From: Saprospiraceae bacterium
GTDB taxonomy: Bacteria; Bacteroidota; Bacteroidia; Chitinophagales; Saprospiraceae
Assembly: GCA_044227555.1 (NCBI GenBank)
Contig: JBGAWQ010000014.1
Location: 12,206 to 76,205, forward strand
Direction: 5' to 3'
Length of the DNA stretch: 64,000 nt
Shown here piece by piece: positions 9,601-17,768 of the stretch. The translations under genes and the position numbers were made by a program. Numbering within the stretch: position 1 is the first letter of the stretch; every line of letters begins with the position of its first letter. The notes below the pieces were generated by a model that was not told where the DNA came from, searched no databases, and worked only from the letters and a program-made list of their open reading frames with translations.

Positions 9601-10716
9601 GGTACATATACCTTCCCTGCTATGCCAGTCGGTGGTAATTATACCATCAATCCGGGTAAGAACAACGACTACAAGAATGGGGTATCTACCCTTGACCTCG
9701 TGGAAATCCAGAAACACCTGCTGGGCATCAAGGATCTCTCCAGTCCATACAAAATGCTGGCCGCAGATGCCAACAACAGCAAGACGATCACTGCCATCGA
9801 CCTTATCGAGCTGCGTAAGCTGATCCTGGGTATCTATGCAGAGCTGCCAAACAATACCAGCTGGCGATTTGTAGACAAGAACTATGTATTCCCTGACCCA
9901 TACAATCCATGGATGCAGGATGTTCCTGAAAATCATATCCTCAGCCCACTGGCTCTCGGGGTCAACCGTGCAGATTTCTACGGTGTAAAGGTTGGGGACG
10001 TGAACAATACCGTGAAAGCCAATGCATCCAGCATTGTACCAAGGGGTTCAGGCCAGGTGTTTGACCTCGTGATCGATGACCGTAATGTTGTAGCCGGTGA
10101 AACTTTCGAAGTACCGGTGTATGCAGCTGAAGGTAAGTCTATCGAAGGTATGCAGTTCAGCTTTGACCTTGGTCAGGGCCTTGAATTGGCTGGTGTGAAA
10201 GCCGGAACCATGGATGTCACGGAGGACAACTTCGGATGGTTGCAAAACAGTACATTGACCTCCAGCTGGAATAGTGCTGAGGGCATCAATGTAGATGCCA
10301 CACAACCGCTCTTTACGCTGGTGCTCAGAGCAGGGTATGCTGCCAAATTGAGTGAAGCTGTAAGCCTGATCTCTAATCCTACACAAGCTGAAGCCTATAC
10401 TACCCAGGATGAAATCATGGATCTGTCGTTGAATTTCCGTGGTGCTGAGGACAGGTTTGATTTTGAATTGCTTCAAAATGAGCCTAACCCTTTCACCAAC
10501 ACAACGCAGATTGGATATGTCATTCCGCAGAGTGGCGAGGTGACCCTGACTTTGTTTGATCTGACCGGCAAGCAATTGCTCAGCCAGACCCTGTCCGGTG
10601 CCAAGGGCCTCAACAAGGTAGAATTGACCAAGGATCAGATTGGCGCCCAGGGCATGATCTATTATCAGATCCAGTTCCAGGGATATACTGCTACAAAGAA
10701 GATGTTGATTCTCTAA
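6613..10716 (+). CDS. Large Cys-rich cell-surface protein (HYR-like modules, dockerin-like pair, cohesin-like module, T9SS type-A C-terminal sorting domain)
   Basis: 1367-aa ORF with an N-terminal signal-like segment LLLLTLLWQNPVLGQ. It repeats the ..DNCD..TRTY/W..D..GN...C.Q.I.V.D module signature. The cohesin-like stretch is VVAGETFEVPVYAAEGKSIEGMQFSFDL. The tail is FELLQNEPNPFTNTTQIGYVIP..TLFDLTGKQLL. Confidence 0.85.
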   Translation: MKKTDFSVSLRDGVRKRLKQYSRLLSQSLTASLLLLTLLWQNPVLGQSNCSLGCHGAQVSLGADCTAEVTVAMIGETTQCPNGQFTVYVYTLAGDTIPNAIVTHAQIGMTLIASVYDNISGNSCWTYITVQDKMRPTIECADMTVSCLDLYNYNGPVASDNCDNSPTIILVNEEAELLCDPLYIKQITRTYIARDDSGNESVPCQMTISVTRINYEDITFPDSLVVINDTELECDGIWADANNDGIPDPLPDGPIPGTGVPTIDGTPIYPDFIGFCNALTTYEDLVFPTIGCVKKIMRVWTVREWHCTGETDTLYVQIIEIVDNEGPSIVCPANFTHTTTGHNCTAAIWLPAANIVDNCSPTYTATVAYPGGFCNSNGGCWANLPVGNNVITYTAYDQCYNSSQCTMTITVQDLTPPVAVCDEHTVVSLTLGGHNGLTKVDASVFDDGSYDACGPVTFRARRMDSCNDYDWTTYGAGVDETPNQIIDGYDRGTYHTPKVPFWCCDAGAGPIMVELEVTDASGNHNYCMVEVIVQDKIKPHITCPSSVTISCDYPLNLDDLSDFGNVVRDQHDVQTWCVYDPSNPYANQNDFICGTDGIATDNCDVEITVNDVPHINNCGVGYIDRFWRAEDSNGYDQCVQRITVVNFSPITYQSIDWPDDYHGLECREGTDPEELEYPYNSPVINEDACDLVGVTHEDVVFPIVDGACFKILRTWKVIEWCLYEQYGGIVEGVNYWEHTQVLKVVNQYGPEFETDQPTIERCNDFDCGGIPLELIQTADDDCTPDNLLQWTYAIDLNNDQTIDLGPYTGLGATINASRTYQLGTHRIIYSFEDRCGNRTVREQLLILKSCKAPVPVCIHGLSTDLMAVDTDGDGIEDTGMVTVWASDFNASSYHPCGFPFEFSLSSDVTEKSRTFTCEDVGQGQVPVNLYVTDALGNQAYCETYIIVDDNNDVCPEGGNLTGTITGNVSTETSDNVLDVQVGIQGSTLLPMSTNHAGTYTFPAMPVGGNYTINPGKNNDYKNGVSTLDLVEIQKHLLGIKDLSSPYKMLAADANNSKTITAIDLIELRKLILGIYAELPNNTSWRFVDKNYVFPDPYNPWMQDVPENHILSPLALGVNRADFYGVKVGDVNNTVKANASSIVPRGSGQVFDLVIDDRNVVAGETFEVPVYAAEGKSIEGMQFSFDLGQGLELAGVKAGTMDVTEDNFGWLQNSTLTSSWNSAEGINVDATQPLFTLVLRAGYAAKLSEAVSLISNPTQAEAYTTQDEIMDLSLNFRGAEDRFDFELLQNEPNPFTNTTQIGYVIPQSGEVTLTLFDLTGKQLLSQTLSGAKGLNKVELTKDQIGAQGMIYYQIQFQGYTATKKMLIL
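9667..9831 (+). other. Dockerin-like pair of EF-hand loops in adhesin 2
   Basis: DYKNGVSTLDLVEIQKHLLG ... DANNSKTITAIDLIELRKLILG, paralogous to 5043-5216. Confidence 0.6.
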
Positions 10717-10761
10717 ACGGAATCCACATCAACAGATAAGAATTACTGTTTTTGGGATGGG

Positions 10762-10798
10762 ACCCCTCTCCGCGCAAGTGGAGGGGGTTCTTTTTTTT
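10762..10798 (+). terminator. Intrinsic terminator after adhesin 2
   Basis: acccctctcc-gcgcaagt-ggagggggt hairpin followed by tc + 8 T. Confidence 0.85.
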
Positions 10799-10846
10799 AT
10801 AGCATGCCCTGAAAAGTCCATTCACGATTATCCGGTCCTGGCCTTT

Positions 10847-10854
10847 TATCTTTG
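10847..10854 (+). promoter_or_regulatory. Candidate -7 promoter element TATCTTTG for ruvX-def
   Basis: TAnnTTTG match only 5 nt before the ruvX ATG. The same 12-mer TATCTTTGCGCC precedes rpsO. Confidence 0.35.
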
Positions 10855-10858
10855 CGCC

Positions 10859-11272
10859 ATGGGTAGAATCCTGGGAATTGATTATGGGATGAAGCGGACC
10901 GGGCTGTCCGTGACCGATCCATTGCAGATTATAGCCCAGGGGTTGGAAACTAAAGCGACGGCCTCGGTGTTAGCGTGGATAATCGATTATGTCGCGAAGG
11001 AAGGGGTCGAAGCCATTGTCGTGGGTTATCCCTTTTTGGAAGGCGCATGGGGGGATCGAAAGTTTAAAGACAAATTAGATACGTTTATAGCTGATCTTAA
11101 GAAAGCGTTGCCTACCGTGCCACTCCATCTTCACGACGAGCGATATACGTCCATTCAGGCCAGGGAGATCATGGCTCGAAGCGGCCTCAAGAAAAGCCAG
11201 CGAGAGGATAAAGCCTTGCTGGATCGGACCAGTGCGATCGTCATTTTACAGGAATATTTGGGACACATATGA
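10859..11272 (+). CDS. ruvX: Holliday junction resolvase-like / pre-16S rRNA nuclease RuvX (YqgF)
   Basis: MGRILGIDYGMKRTGLSVTD N-terminus typical of YqgF. The track ORF start at 10757 runs through the upstream terminator, so the internal ATG at 10859 is chosen. Confidence 0.85.
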   Translation: MGRILGIDYGMKRTGLSVTDPLQIIAQGLETKATASVLAWIIDYVAKEGVEAIVVGYPFLEGAWGDRKFKDKLDTFIADLKKALPTVPLHLHDERYTSIQAREIMARSGLKKSQREDKALLDRTSAIVILQEYLGHI

Positions 11273-11826
11273 TATTACCGATTTATGCCTATGGGCAATC
11301 CGTGCTGCGGAAAGTGGGACAACCTATTGGGGAGGACTATCCTAATCTCAATGGGTTGATCGACGATATGTTTGAGACCATGTACAATGCACATGGGGTT
11401 GGCCTTGCTGCGCCCCAGGTAGGGAGGGATATCCGCTTGTTTATCGTAGATACGATGCAATTGGACAAACCGGAAAATGAACCTAAAGGATTTAAGCGCG
11501 CATTTATCAATGCTGAACTTTTACAGGAAGATGGAGAGCTCTGGATGTATGAAGAAGGGTGTCTGAGTATTCCTGATCTGCATGCTGATGTGGAACGGCC
11601 CCCCGTCATTCGTATGCGTTACTTCGACACCGACTGGAAAGAGCATATTGAGACCTTTGATGGATTTAATGCAAGAGTGATTCAACACGAGTATGATCAT
11701 ATCGAAGGTATCCTGTTTATCGACCGGATGAAGCCGTTGAAACGACGGATGATCAATCGTAAATTGGAAAAGATCAAACGCGGTGAAATTGAGATCAATC
11801 ACCCGATGCGTTTTGTGAAATCATAA
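11269..11826 (+). CDS. def: Peptide deformylase
   Basis: GVGLAAPQ, EGCLSIP and HEYDHIEG motifs. ATGA overlap with the ruvX stop. Confidence 0.95.
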   Translation: MILPIYAYGQSVLRKVGQPIGEDYPNLNGLIDDMFETMYNAHGVGLAAPQVGRDIRLFIVDTMQLDKPENEPKGFKRAFINAELLQEDGELWMYEEGCLSIPDLHADVERPPVIRMRYFDTDWKEHIETFDGFNARVIQHEYDHIEGILFIDRMKPLKRRMINRKLEKIKRGEIEINHPMRFVKS

Positions 11827-11860
11827 GTGGCTTAGTGCAGATATGTATGTTTGAGGTCCC

Positions 11861-12493
11861 TTATTTCCTGCCAAAATCAGCAGGATTCTCTCCCCAGTTA
11901 TCCGTGTCCCATTTTAGTAGTGGGTTTTTCCAGGTGTGTTCTGCTAGCCATTTCTCAGCACGGCGAATCATATCAAACAACTCGGTATTTGCTTTTCCGG
12001 GAGACAACTTCGTATTGGCTTTCTTTTTTTTAATCCAACCGATCGCGATTTTTGAATCTGAATAAATGGGTGTCGAAGAATCATTTCTTTTTTCCAGCCA
12101 GGCCAGGGCATGCACGATGGCGAGAAATTCTCCGATGTTATTGGTGCCCTGTGGAGCAGGACCAAAATGAAAAATTTCTGTCTTGTCTGAGGTCCATACG
12201 CCTCGATATTCCATCAGGCCGGGATTACCGCTGCAGGCGGCGTCAACACTGAGACTGTTTTCAATGATGCCGGTTGTGACAGTGGGTTTGCGAGCGACCG
12301 CGGGGGTCCGATGGAAGGATTTTTTTTCAGGCCCCGATCGGTATGCTTCTTCCGCCTCTGTTTTAGAAGGAAAGGATTTGAAGGATGCGTTAGGAAAATT
12401 TTTAACCTGAGCCTGGCATTTTTCCCAGGTGGAATATACTCCGGGCAGATGCCCGTGCCAAACCACGTAGTATTTTTGCTTTTTCGCACTCAT
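11861..12493 (-). CDS. rnhA: Ribonuclease HI with N-terminal hybrid-binding domain
   Basis: MSAKKQKYYVVWHGHLPGVYSTWEKCQAQV (HBD), then SVDAACSGNPG..NNIGEFLAIVHAL..IYSDS. The 350-aa track ORF is an upstream read-through, so the ATG at 12493 is chosen. Confidence 0.85.
   Translation of the reverse strand: MSAKKQKYYVVWHGHLPGVYSTWEKCQAQVKNFPNASFKSFPSKTEAEEAYRSGPEKKSFHRTPAVARKPTVTTGIIENSLSVDAACSGNPGLMEYRGVWTSDKTEIFHFGPAPQGTNNIGEFLAIVHALAWLEKRNDSSTPIYSDSKIAIGWIKKKKANTKLSPGKANTELFDMIRRAEKWLAEHTWKNPLLKWDTDNWGENPADFGRK
12471..12478 (+). promoter_or_regulatory. Candidate -7 element TATTTTTG for the tatD-like gene, inside rnhA codons
   Basis: TAnnTTTG match 31 nt before the ATG at 12509. Confidence 0.25.
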
Positions 12494-12508
12494 GATGATG
12501 TAATAATA

Positions 12509-13297
12509 ATGGAAACATCCCAATTGCATTGGACAGACACCCATTGTCACCTCTATGTACAAGAGTTTGATGAGGATCGTGAAGCCATGGTCACACGGGC
12601 ACTTTCTACCGGCGTGGATCGCTTGATGCTGCCCAATATTGATGTGGAAAGTATCCCGGGAATGTGGAGCCTGGTCAACAAATATCCTGAACAGTGCTTT
12701 CCCATGATGGGCCTGCATCCTTGTTCTGTTAAAGAAAACTATGAGGATATCCTCGCGATGATGGAAGTTGAACTTAAGTCCAGGGCCTATGTAGGCGTTG
12801 GAGAGACGGGGATTGATTTGTATTGGGACACCACCTATAAAAAGGAACAAATTATGGCCTTTGAAACCCAGATTTCCTGGGCCAGGGCTATGGATTTGCC
12901 TGTCATTATTCATTCCAGGGAGTCACTTGACTTGACCATTGAAGTCATCGCGAATCAGCAGGATGGTCGTCTAAAAGGTATTTTTCATTGTTTTAGTGGT
13001 GACGTGGAGCACGTTCAAAAAATTGAACGTCTTGGGTTTAAAGTTGGGATAGGGGGAGTCGTGACGTACAAAAAGGCCGGATTGGCTGAGCTTCTTCCGC
13101 ATATACCATTGACTATGATGGTTTTAGAGACCGATGCACCCTATCTTGCTCCGGCACCTAATCGAGGCAAGCGAAATGAGCCTGCCTATATTCCTTTGGT
13201 GGCTGCCCGGATGAGTGAGGTGCTTGGCATTTCCTTGCCTGAACTGTCCAGGGTAACTTCTGAGAATGCTGCGTCTGTATTTGGAAAGAAGGATTAA
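12509..13297 (+). CDS. TatD-family metal-dependent hydrolase (YcfH-like DNase)
   Basis: METSQLHWTDTHCHLY.., GETGIDLYW, IIHSRES and ETDAPYLAP motifs. Start moved to the ATG at 12509. Confidence 0.9.
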   Translation: METSQLHWTDTHCHLYVQEFDEDREAMVTRALSTGVDRLMLPNIDVESIPGMWSLVNKYPEQCFPMMGLHPCSVKENYEDILAMMEVELKSRAYVGVGETGIDLYWDTTYKKEQIMAFETQISWARAMDLPVIIHSRESLDLTIEVIANQQDGRLKGIFHCFSGDVEHVQKIERLGFKVGIGGVVTYKKAGLAELLPHIPLTMMVLETDAPYLAPAPNRGKRNEPAYIPLVAARMSEVLGISLPELSRVTSENAASVFGKKD

Positions 13298-13302
13298 ATT
13301 TG
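13295..13302 (+). promoter_or_regulatory. Candidate -7 element TAAATTTG for tRNA-Ser
   Basis: TAnnTTTG match overlapping the tatD-like stop codon, ~70 nt before the tRNA. Confidence 0.25.
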
Positions 13303-13373
13303 CAGCCCCAAAGGGCATGCTCCTGGAAAACGAATCCAGGGTTTGGCCGGTACGATAGTGCCTGGGAAAACAT

Positions 13374-13464
13374 GGAGAGTTGGCCGAGTGGTCGAAGGCG
13401 CACGCCTGGAAAGTGTGTAGGCTCCAAAAGGGTCTCTAGGGTTCGAATCCCTAACTCTCCGCCA
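13374..13464 (+). tRNA. tRNA-Ser (anticodon GGA), CCA encoded
   Basis: Acceptor GGAGAGT/ACTCTCC, anticodon stem CACGC/GTGTG with loop CTGGAAA, long variable arm, T-loop GGTTCGAATCC, discriminator G + CCA. Confidence 0.95.
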
Positions 13465-13475
13465 TGAACTGGTGC

Positions 13476-13499
13476 AGCCTTAATCTGTGGATTAAGGCT
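13476..13499 (+). terminator. Perfect 10-bp hairpin after tRNA-Ser (no U-tract)
   Basis: agccttaatc-tgtg-gattaaggct. It could be a terminator or a processing signal. Confidence 0.35.
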
Positions 13500-13643
13500 T
13501 GCATTGGGGAATAGTACATCTGGCCAAATCCTGATTAAATCCCCTCTTCGGCCCATAGTTTGAAAAGGTTGATCCGGGAATTCTTCATATGACCACTTCT
13601 TCTCGCAAAAAGACAATTGCCTTCACCTTATTTCCATGATCGT

Positions 13644-14081
13644 ATGATCCAGCGAATACAAACGATTTATTTCATCCTGGCCGCTCTTTGCTTTGGGTCC
13701 ATGTTTTTTTTACCCATGGCTATATCCCCAGTAGCCACTCAAGGTTTTTTTACTGATCAGGCCTACACCGTCACAGATCATCCCATCTTGTTGGCCGAAA
13801 CGGTATTAGGGATGGTCCTGGCCCTGGGTTCCATTTTCTTATATACCAACAGATCCCTTCAGGTCAAAATGGGATATGCGGTGATCCTTGTGGCAATAGC
13901 CTTGCCGGTTTGTTCGTTTTTATTCCTTTCCGGCAGTGGTGCCGGTGTGGAGCAAACAGCAAGCGTTCAGCAACAAGCTGGTTTATTTATTCCGGTTGGC
14001 GCCATAGTCTTTGCTATACTTGCTATGATCCGGATCCGTAAAGACGAGCAGTTGGTCAAGTCTATGGATCGTCTTCGTTGA
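13644..14081 (+). CDS. DUF4293-like small multi-pass membrane protein
   Basis: MIQRIQTIYFILAALCFGSMFF start typical of this family. Four hydrophobic segments. ATG at 13644 preferred to the TTG at 13617. Confidence 0.6.
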   Translation: MIQRIQTIYFILAALCFGSMFFLPMAISPVATQGFFTDQAYTVTDHPILLAETVLGMVLALGSIFLYTNRSLQVKMGYAVILVAIALPVCSFLFLSGSGAGVEQTASVQQQAGLFIPVGAIVFAILAMIRIRKDEQLVKSMDRLR

Positions 14082-14157
14082 TCATGACGGACCATTTTGA
14101 TCTAACCCAATACCTATGATAACTCCATTTACCCGTGGATGTTGGCGTAAACACTCT

Positions 14158-15966
14158 ATGATCAGGGGTTTGGTTTTTTCTATGTTTGGGTTACTTCCTC
14201 TATTAGCTTTCAGTCAGGCCAAGCCTGCTTCGTCTTTGCAGGATACGGTCAAACCGCGGTTTATCCTGATAGACCATTTTGGAAAGTTGATTGAAGACAA
14301 GCAGGGAATAGAGTCCGTGAAGTGGATATCACAGGGCTTACAACTCCGGCTCGACAGCACGTATATCTATGCGGACTCCGCTGTCATCTATGGCGAAGAT
14401 CGGGTCTTTGCATATGGCGATGTGGTCATTCAGCAAGGCGATTCCGTCAATGTATTTACAGATACGCTTTATTACTTCAGGGAGTCCGACATTGCAACGT
14501 TGATTGGCGAAGTGACCCTAAGCCAGGGAAGCAAGCAATTATGGACCAAGGATTTGAGTTATCATCTCGATGAGAAATATGGCGAGTATACCCAGGGCGG
14601 GGTGATGGTCGATAAAGAATTGCAGGTATCCTCACGCCGCGGTATTTATTATGCGGATCGTGAGGAAGTTGTCTTTAAGGATAGTGTCATTGTATTGCAT
14701 CCTAAGTTTAACCTTGCCGCAGATTCGATGCGTTACCGGGGTGCAGAATCCACGGTTTTGTTTACCGGGCCTACCAACATCTATACGCCGACTTCAAAAA
14801 TCTATTGTGAATCCGGCTATTACAATCTGGCCAATGAGAGGGCGGAATTCAATAGTCATGCTCAATATGCCGGTGACCAGAAGCGCGCTACTGCGGATAC
14901 CATTCGTTATGATGCTGCCGCCGGTGAAATCAATATGCTGGGCCATGTACGCGTGGAAGAAAACGATAAGCGAATCGAAGGTGCCAGTCTGCGCTATCTG
15001 GAGCAAAGTGGTGAAACCTGGATCAAGGGTGAACCAGCGAGTTATATGGATAGTACGCGGACGGTGCGGAGTCCGGAAATATTTTACAACGAGCAGACCG
15101 ACCAGGTCTCTACACGTGGTCAGGGAGAGATCACGGATGGAGATTGGAAGATGCAATTTGAGCAATCTGATTTTGATCAGGCAACAGGCTTAGGCCAGTT
15201 TACTGGCCATGTGGTCTGGAGAGATACCGTACAGCAGGTTGGTATTCTGGCAGATACCATGGATATTGCCAAAAGCTCTGAGTATGTATTGGCGTATGGT
15301 ATTAAAAGAACATTGTTTTATACCCTCATCGAAACGGACACATTGTATATCGCCGCGGATACGCTCAATATGGAGCGCCGGCAGGATTCATTAACCCAGC
15401 AAGCCTTTCGAATGATCCGGGCCTATCATGATGTGAGGTTGTATAAATCTGACCTGCAAGGACTTGCGGATTCCCTCGTATTTAATGACCGGGACAGTTT
15501 GTTTAGTTTTTTTGGGGATCCGGTATTGTGGTCAGATACCACACAGTTTAGCGCGGACAGCATCACGATGTCCATCTCTCACCATCAAATCAAGGATATC
15601 ACGCTAACACAACGGGCGCTCATCCTCTCAGAGCTTTTTGGAACTTATTATGATCAGATTAAAGGGAAGCTTATTGTGGCCGCTTTTGACAGCAGTGCGA
15701 TACATGATATGTGGGTCACCGGAAATGCTGAGTCGATTTATTATACACGCGATGACCACTCTGCTTTTATTGGGGTTAACAAAACCATTTGCAGTAAAAT
15801 GTATTTTACGTTTTTGAACAACCAGATCAATGTGCTGAAATATTTTGGTGAAAACTCATCTACGATGACGCCTATGGGAGAGGCCAACCATGACAGTTTG
15901 CGTCTGGAAGGATTTCGCTGGCGTGTGGAGGAACGCCCAGGTAGTTTAAGTGATTTATTGAAATGA
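14158..15966 (+). CDS. OstA/LptD-N-terminal-like domain protein (periplasmic or outer-membrane, LPS-transport related)
   Basis: Signal peptide MIRGLVFSMFGLLPLLAFSQA. Repeated beta-jellyroll-like segments (YADSAVIYGEDRVFAYGDVVI..) resemble OstA-like proteins. An alternative start lies at 14116. Confidence 0.55.
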   Translation: MIRGLVFSMFGLLPLLAFSQAKPASSLQDTVKPRFILIDHFGKLIEDKQGIESVKWISQGLQLRLDSTYIYADSAVIYGEDRVFAYGDVVIQQGDSVNVFTDTLYYFRESDIATLIGEVTLSQGSKQLWTKDLSYHLDEKYGEYTQGGVMVDKELQVSSRRGIYYADREEVVFKDSVIVLHPKFNLAADSMRYRGAESTVLFTGPTNIYTPTSKIYCESGYYNLANERAEFNSHAQYAGDQKRATADTIRYDAAAGEINMLGHVRVEENDKRIEGASLRYLEQSGETWIKGEPASYMDSTRTVRSPEIFYNEQTDQVSTRGQGEITDGDWKMQFEQSDFDQATGLGQFTGHVVWRDTVQQVGILADTMDIAKSSEYVLAYGIKRTLFYTLIETDTLYIAADTLNMERRQDSLTQQAFRMIRAYHDVRLYKSDLQGLADSLVFNDRDSLFSFFGDPVLWSDTTQFSADSITMSISHHQIKDITLTQRALILSELFGTYYDQIKGKLIVAAFDSSAIHDMWVTGNAESIYYTRDDHSAFIGVNKTICSKMYFTFLNNQINVLKYFGENSSTMTPMGEANHDSLRLEGFRWRVEERPGSLSDLLK

Positions 15967-16727
15967 AATCAATGAGCCTACATAGGATATTCTGTTTTTG
16001 GACCATGTTTATCCTGTTGCCTTCCATTGGATATACTGCCTCTGATCCTGCTGAAGCCGAGAGATTATTTTTGGCCGGTCAATATGAGGAGGCCCTTCAG
16101 ATCTGGAATAAGATGGTCGTTGAGGGACATTCTTCTGCGGGATTATATTACAATATGGGTCTGGCAGAATCCCGGCTGCACCATACCGCCAGGGCTATGT
16201 TGGGCTTTGAGCGAGCTTTACGTTTACGACCCTTGGATCAAAACATCCGCAACAGTATTTCCGAAGAAAGAAAGGGCATAGCGGGGGCTACTGTACCCGT
16301 AGAACCCTTTTTTCTGTCGACTTGGTATAAAGGCCTGGTGACTTTGGTTCGTCCAGCGGTCTGGGCCATGATGGGGTTGATCGTGCTTATGATAGTTGTA
16401 TTTGCATATACAGGTCGTACTGCATTTCTCTCCAGGAAATATGTCCTTGTTTTAGCAACGGCAGGAGGGATCATTCTAGGGCTTGCGGGCTTGTCGTATC
16501 ATGAGATTTATAGAAATGATGAAGCTATTATAGGGGAGACCTGTGCTTTGCGACCTGCGCCTACCGAAGACAGTCCTGTCACCAGATCCTTATCGGCCGG
16601 TGAAAAAGTGGTCATTACTGATCAGTTGGGGGAATGGCGGAGAGTGCGACTGGTCAACCTTGATGAAGGGTGGATACCTGTCGGCTGTCAACTTCCTATA
16701 ACCGTTGGCGGACGCTCTCTAAACTGA
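15963..16727 (+). CDS. TPR + transmembrane + SH3b-domain protein (BatE-like)
   Basis: N-terminal TPR (AEAERLFLAGQYEEALQIWNKM..YYNMGLAE), two TM segments and a C-terminal SH3-like LSAGEKVVITDQLGEWRRVRL. ATGA overlap with the upstream gene. Confidence 0.6.
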   Translation: MKSMSLHRIFCFWTMFILLPSIGYTASDPAEAERLFLAGQYEEALQIWNKMVVEGHSSAGLYYNMGLAESRLHHTARAMLGFERALRLRPLDQNIRNSISEERKGIAGATVPVEPFFLSTWYKGLVTLVRPAVWAMMGLIVLMIVVFAYTGRTAFLSRKYVLVLATAGGIILGLAGLSYHEIYRNDEAIIGETCALRPAPTEDSPVTRSLSAGEKVVITDQLGEWRRVRLVNLDEGWIPVGCQLPITVGGRSLN

Positions 16728-16729
16728 AA

Positions 16730-17443
16730 TCAGTCTTCAGTGCTGATCTGGGTTTCTGTCGTTCCGATGATAGATCGGGCGAGATCCAGCGCGATTTGCA
16801 ATTGTTCTTTTGGCGTAAGGTAACTCGTGTCGATGATGGTCGCATCAGGGGCTTGGCGAAGAGGGGAGTCTTCCCGGGTGGAATCGATGTGATCCCGAAG
16901 TTGCAGGTTGGCCTTGACTTCTTCGCGATCCAGCTGAATGCCTTTGGATTGGAGTTCGAGCCAGCGACGTTCGATTCGCACCGGGAGATCTGCGGTCAGA
17001 AAGAGCTTAAGATCAGCTTCCGGAAACACTACAGTACCAATATCTCTTCCATCCATGACAATTCCTTTATCCAGTCCCATCCGGCGTTGTTGGGCCACCA
17101 TGGCTTTTCGGACGATGGACAGCGCCGAAACATTGCTTACGATTTCGTTGATATTGGGTTCCCGGATGGCTTCCTCTACATTTTCATGATTGAGGTAGGT
17201 GATCTGGGTATTGTGTTCGAAACTGAGATGAATGGATATTTTTTCAAGTGCCTCTTCCATGGCATCGGCATCGTGGATGTCGAGATGATGTCTTAAGACA
17301 TAGAGGCTTACGGCACGATACATTGCGCCGGTGTCAATATGAATATAGCCGAGGCGCTTAGCCAGGGCCCGGGCCAAGGTACTCTTGCCACAGGAGGAAT
17401 ACCCATCGATGGCAATGATGATTTTGCGTAAGCCTGCGTGCAT
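16730..17443 (-). CDS. cmk: Cytidylate kinase
   Basis: IIIAIDGYSSCGKSTLARALAKRLGYIHIDTGAMYRAV. Confidence 0.95.
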   Translation of the reverse strand: MHAGLRKIIIAIDGYSSCGKSTLARALAKRLGYIHIDTGAMYRAVSLYVLRHHLDIHDADAMEEALEKISIHLSFEHNTQITYLNHENVEEAIREPNINEIVSNVSALSIVRKAMVAQQRRMGLDKGIVMDGRDIGTVVFPEADLKLFLTADLPVRIERRWLELQSKGIQLDREEVKANLQLRDHIDSTREDSPLRQAPDATIIDTSYLTPKEQLQIALDLARSIIGTTETQISTED

Positions 17444-17490
17444 GGTGACGTTACAAACGTAAACGAAATTATGGAAAATGAAAAAGCCTT

Positions 17491-17525
17491 ACGGGGAGCG
17501 TGCCCAGTAAGGCTTTTACCTATCG
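17491..17525 (-). terminator. Intrinsic terminator after the DUF2795 gene
   Basis: Minus strand: AAGCCUUAC-14 nt-GUAAGGCUU followed by a U run. Confidence 0.7.
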
Positions 17526-17546
17526 TTGGTAAACGTTGAGCGTGGA

Positions 17547-17768
17547 TTAATATTCGTCCTCGTTAAACAGGAAGTCATCTTTTCGCGGATAGTCCGGCCA
17601 GATGTCTTCAATACTTTCAAAGAGTTCGCCTTCATCTTCCATCTCCTGGAGGTTTTCGATGACTTCCAGTGGCGCGCCGGACCGGATGGCATAATCGATC
17701 AATTCATCACGGGTCGCGGGCCATGGAGCTTCTTCCAGGTGATGGGCTAATTCAAGTGTCCAGTACAT
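17547..17768 (-). CDS. DUF2795-like small acidic protein
   Basis: LEEAPWPATRDELIDYAIRSGAPLEVIENL resembles DUF2795. Confidence 0.6.
   Translation of the reverse strand: MYWTLELAHHLEEAPWPATRDELIDYAIRSGAPLEVIENLQEMEDEGELFESIEDIWPDYPRKDDFLFNEDEY

Noticed and set aside
8506-9936. 476-aa ORF antisense to adhesin 2, plus many 60-170-aa antisense or out-of-frame ORFs across 894-5585 and 7068-10575.
   Set aside because: They lie entirely inside, and mostly opposite, CDSs that have strong modular domain evidence. Their translations show no motifs, signal peptides or conservation-like patterns. Repetitive, codon-biased genes commonly leave long open antisense frames.
12494-12913. N-terminal 140-aa extension of the 350-aa minus-strand ORF (rnhA read-through). 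Likewise the upstream parts of track ORFs 12311, 10757, 25049, 29602-32190, 40965-42170 and 60042-61013.
   Set aside because: The extensions overlap better-supported genes or terminators. They also precede internal ATGs that yield canonical family N-termini or signal peptides.
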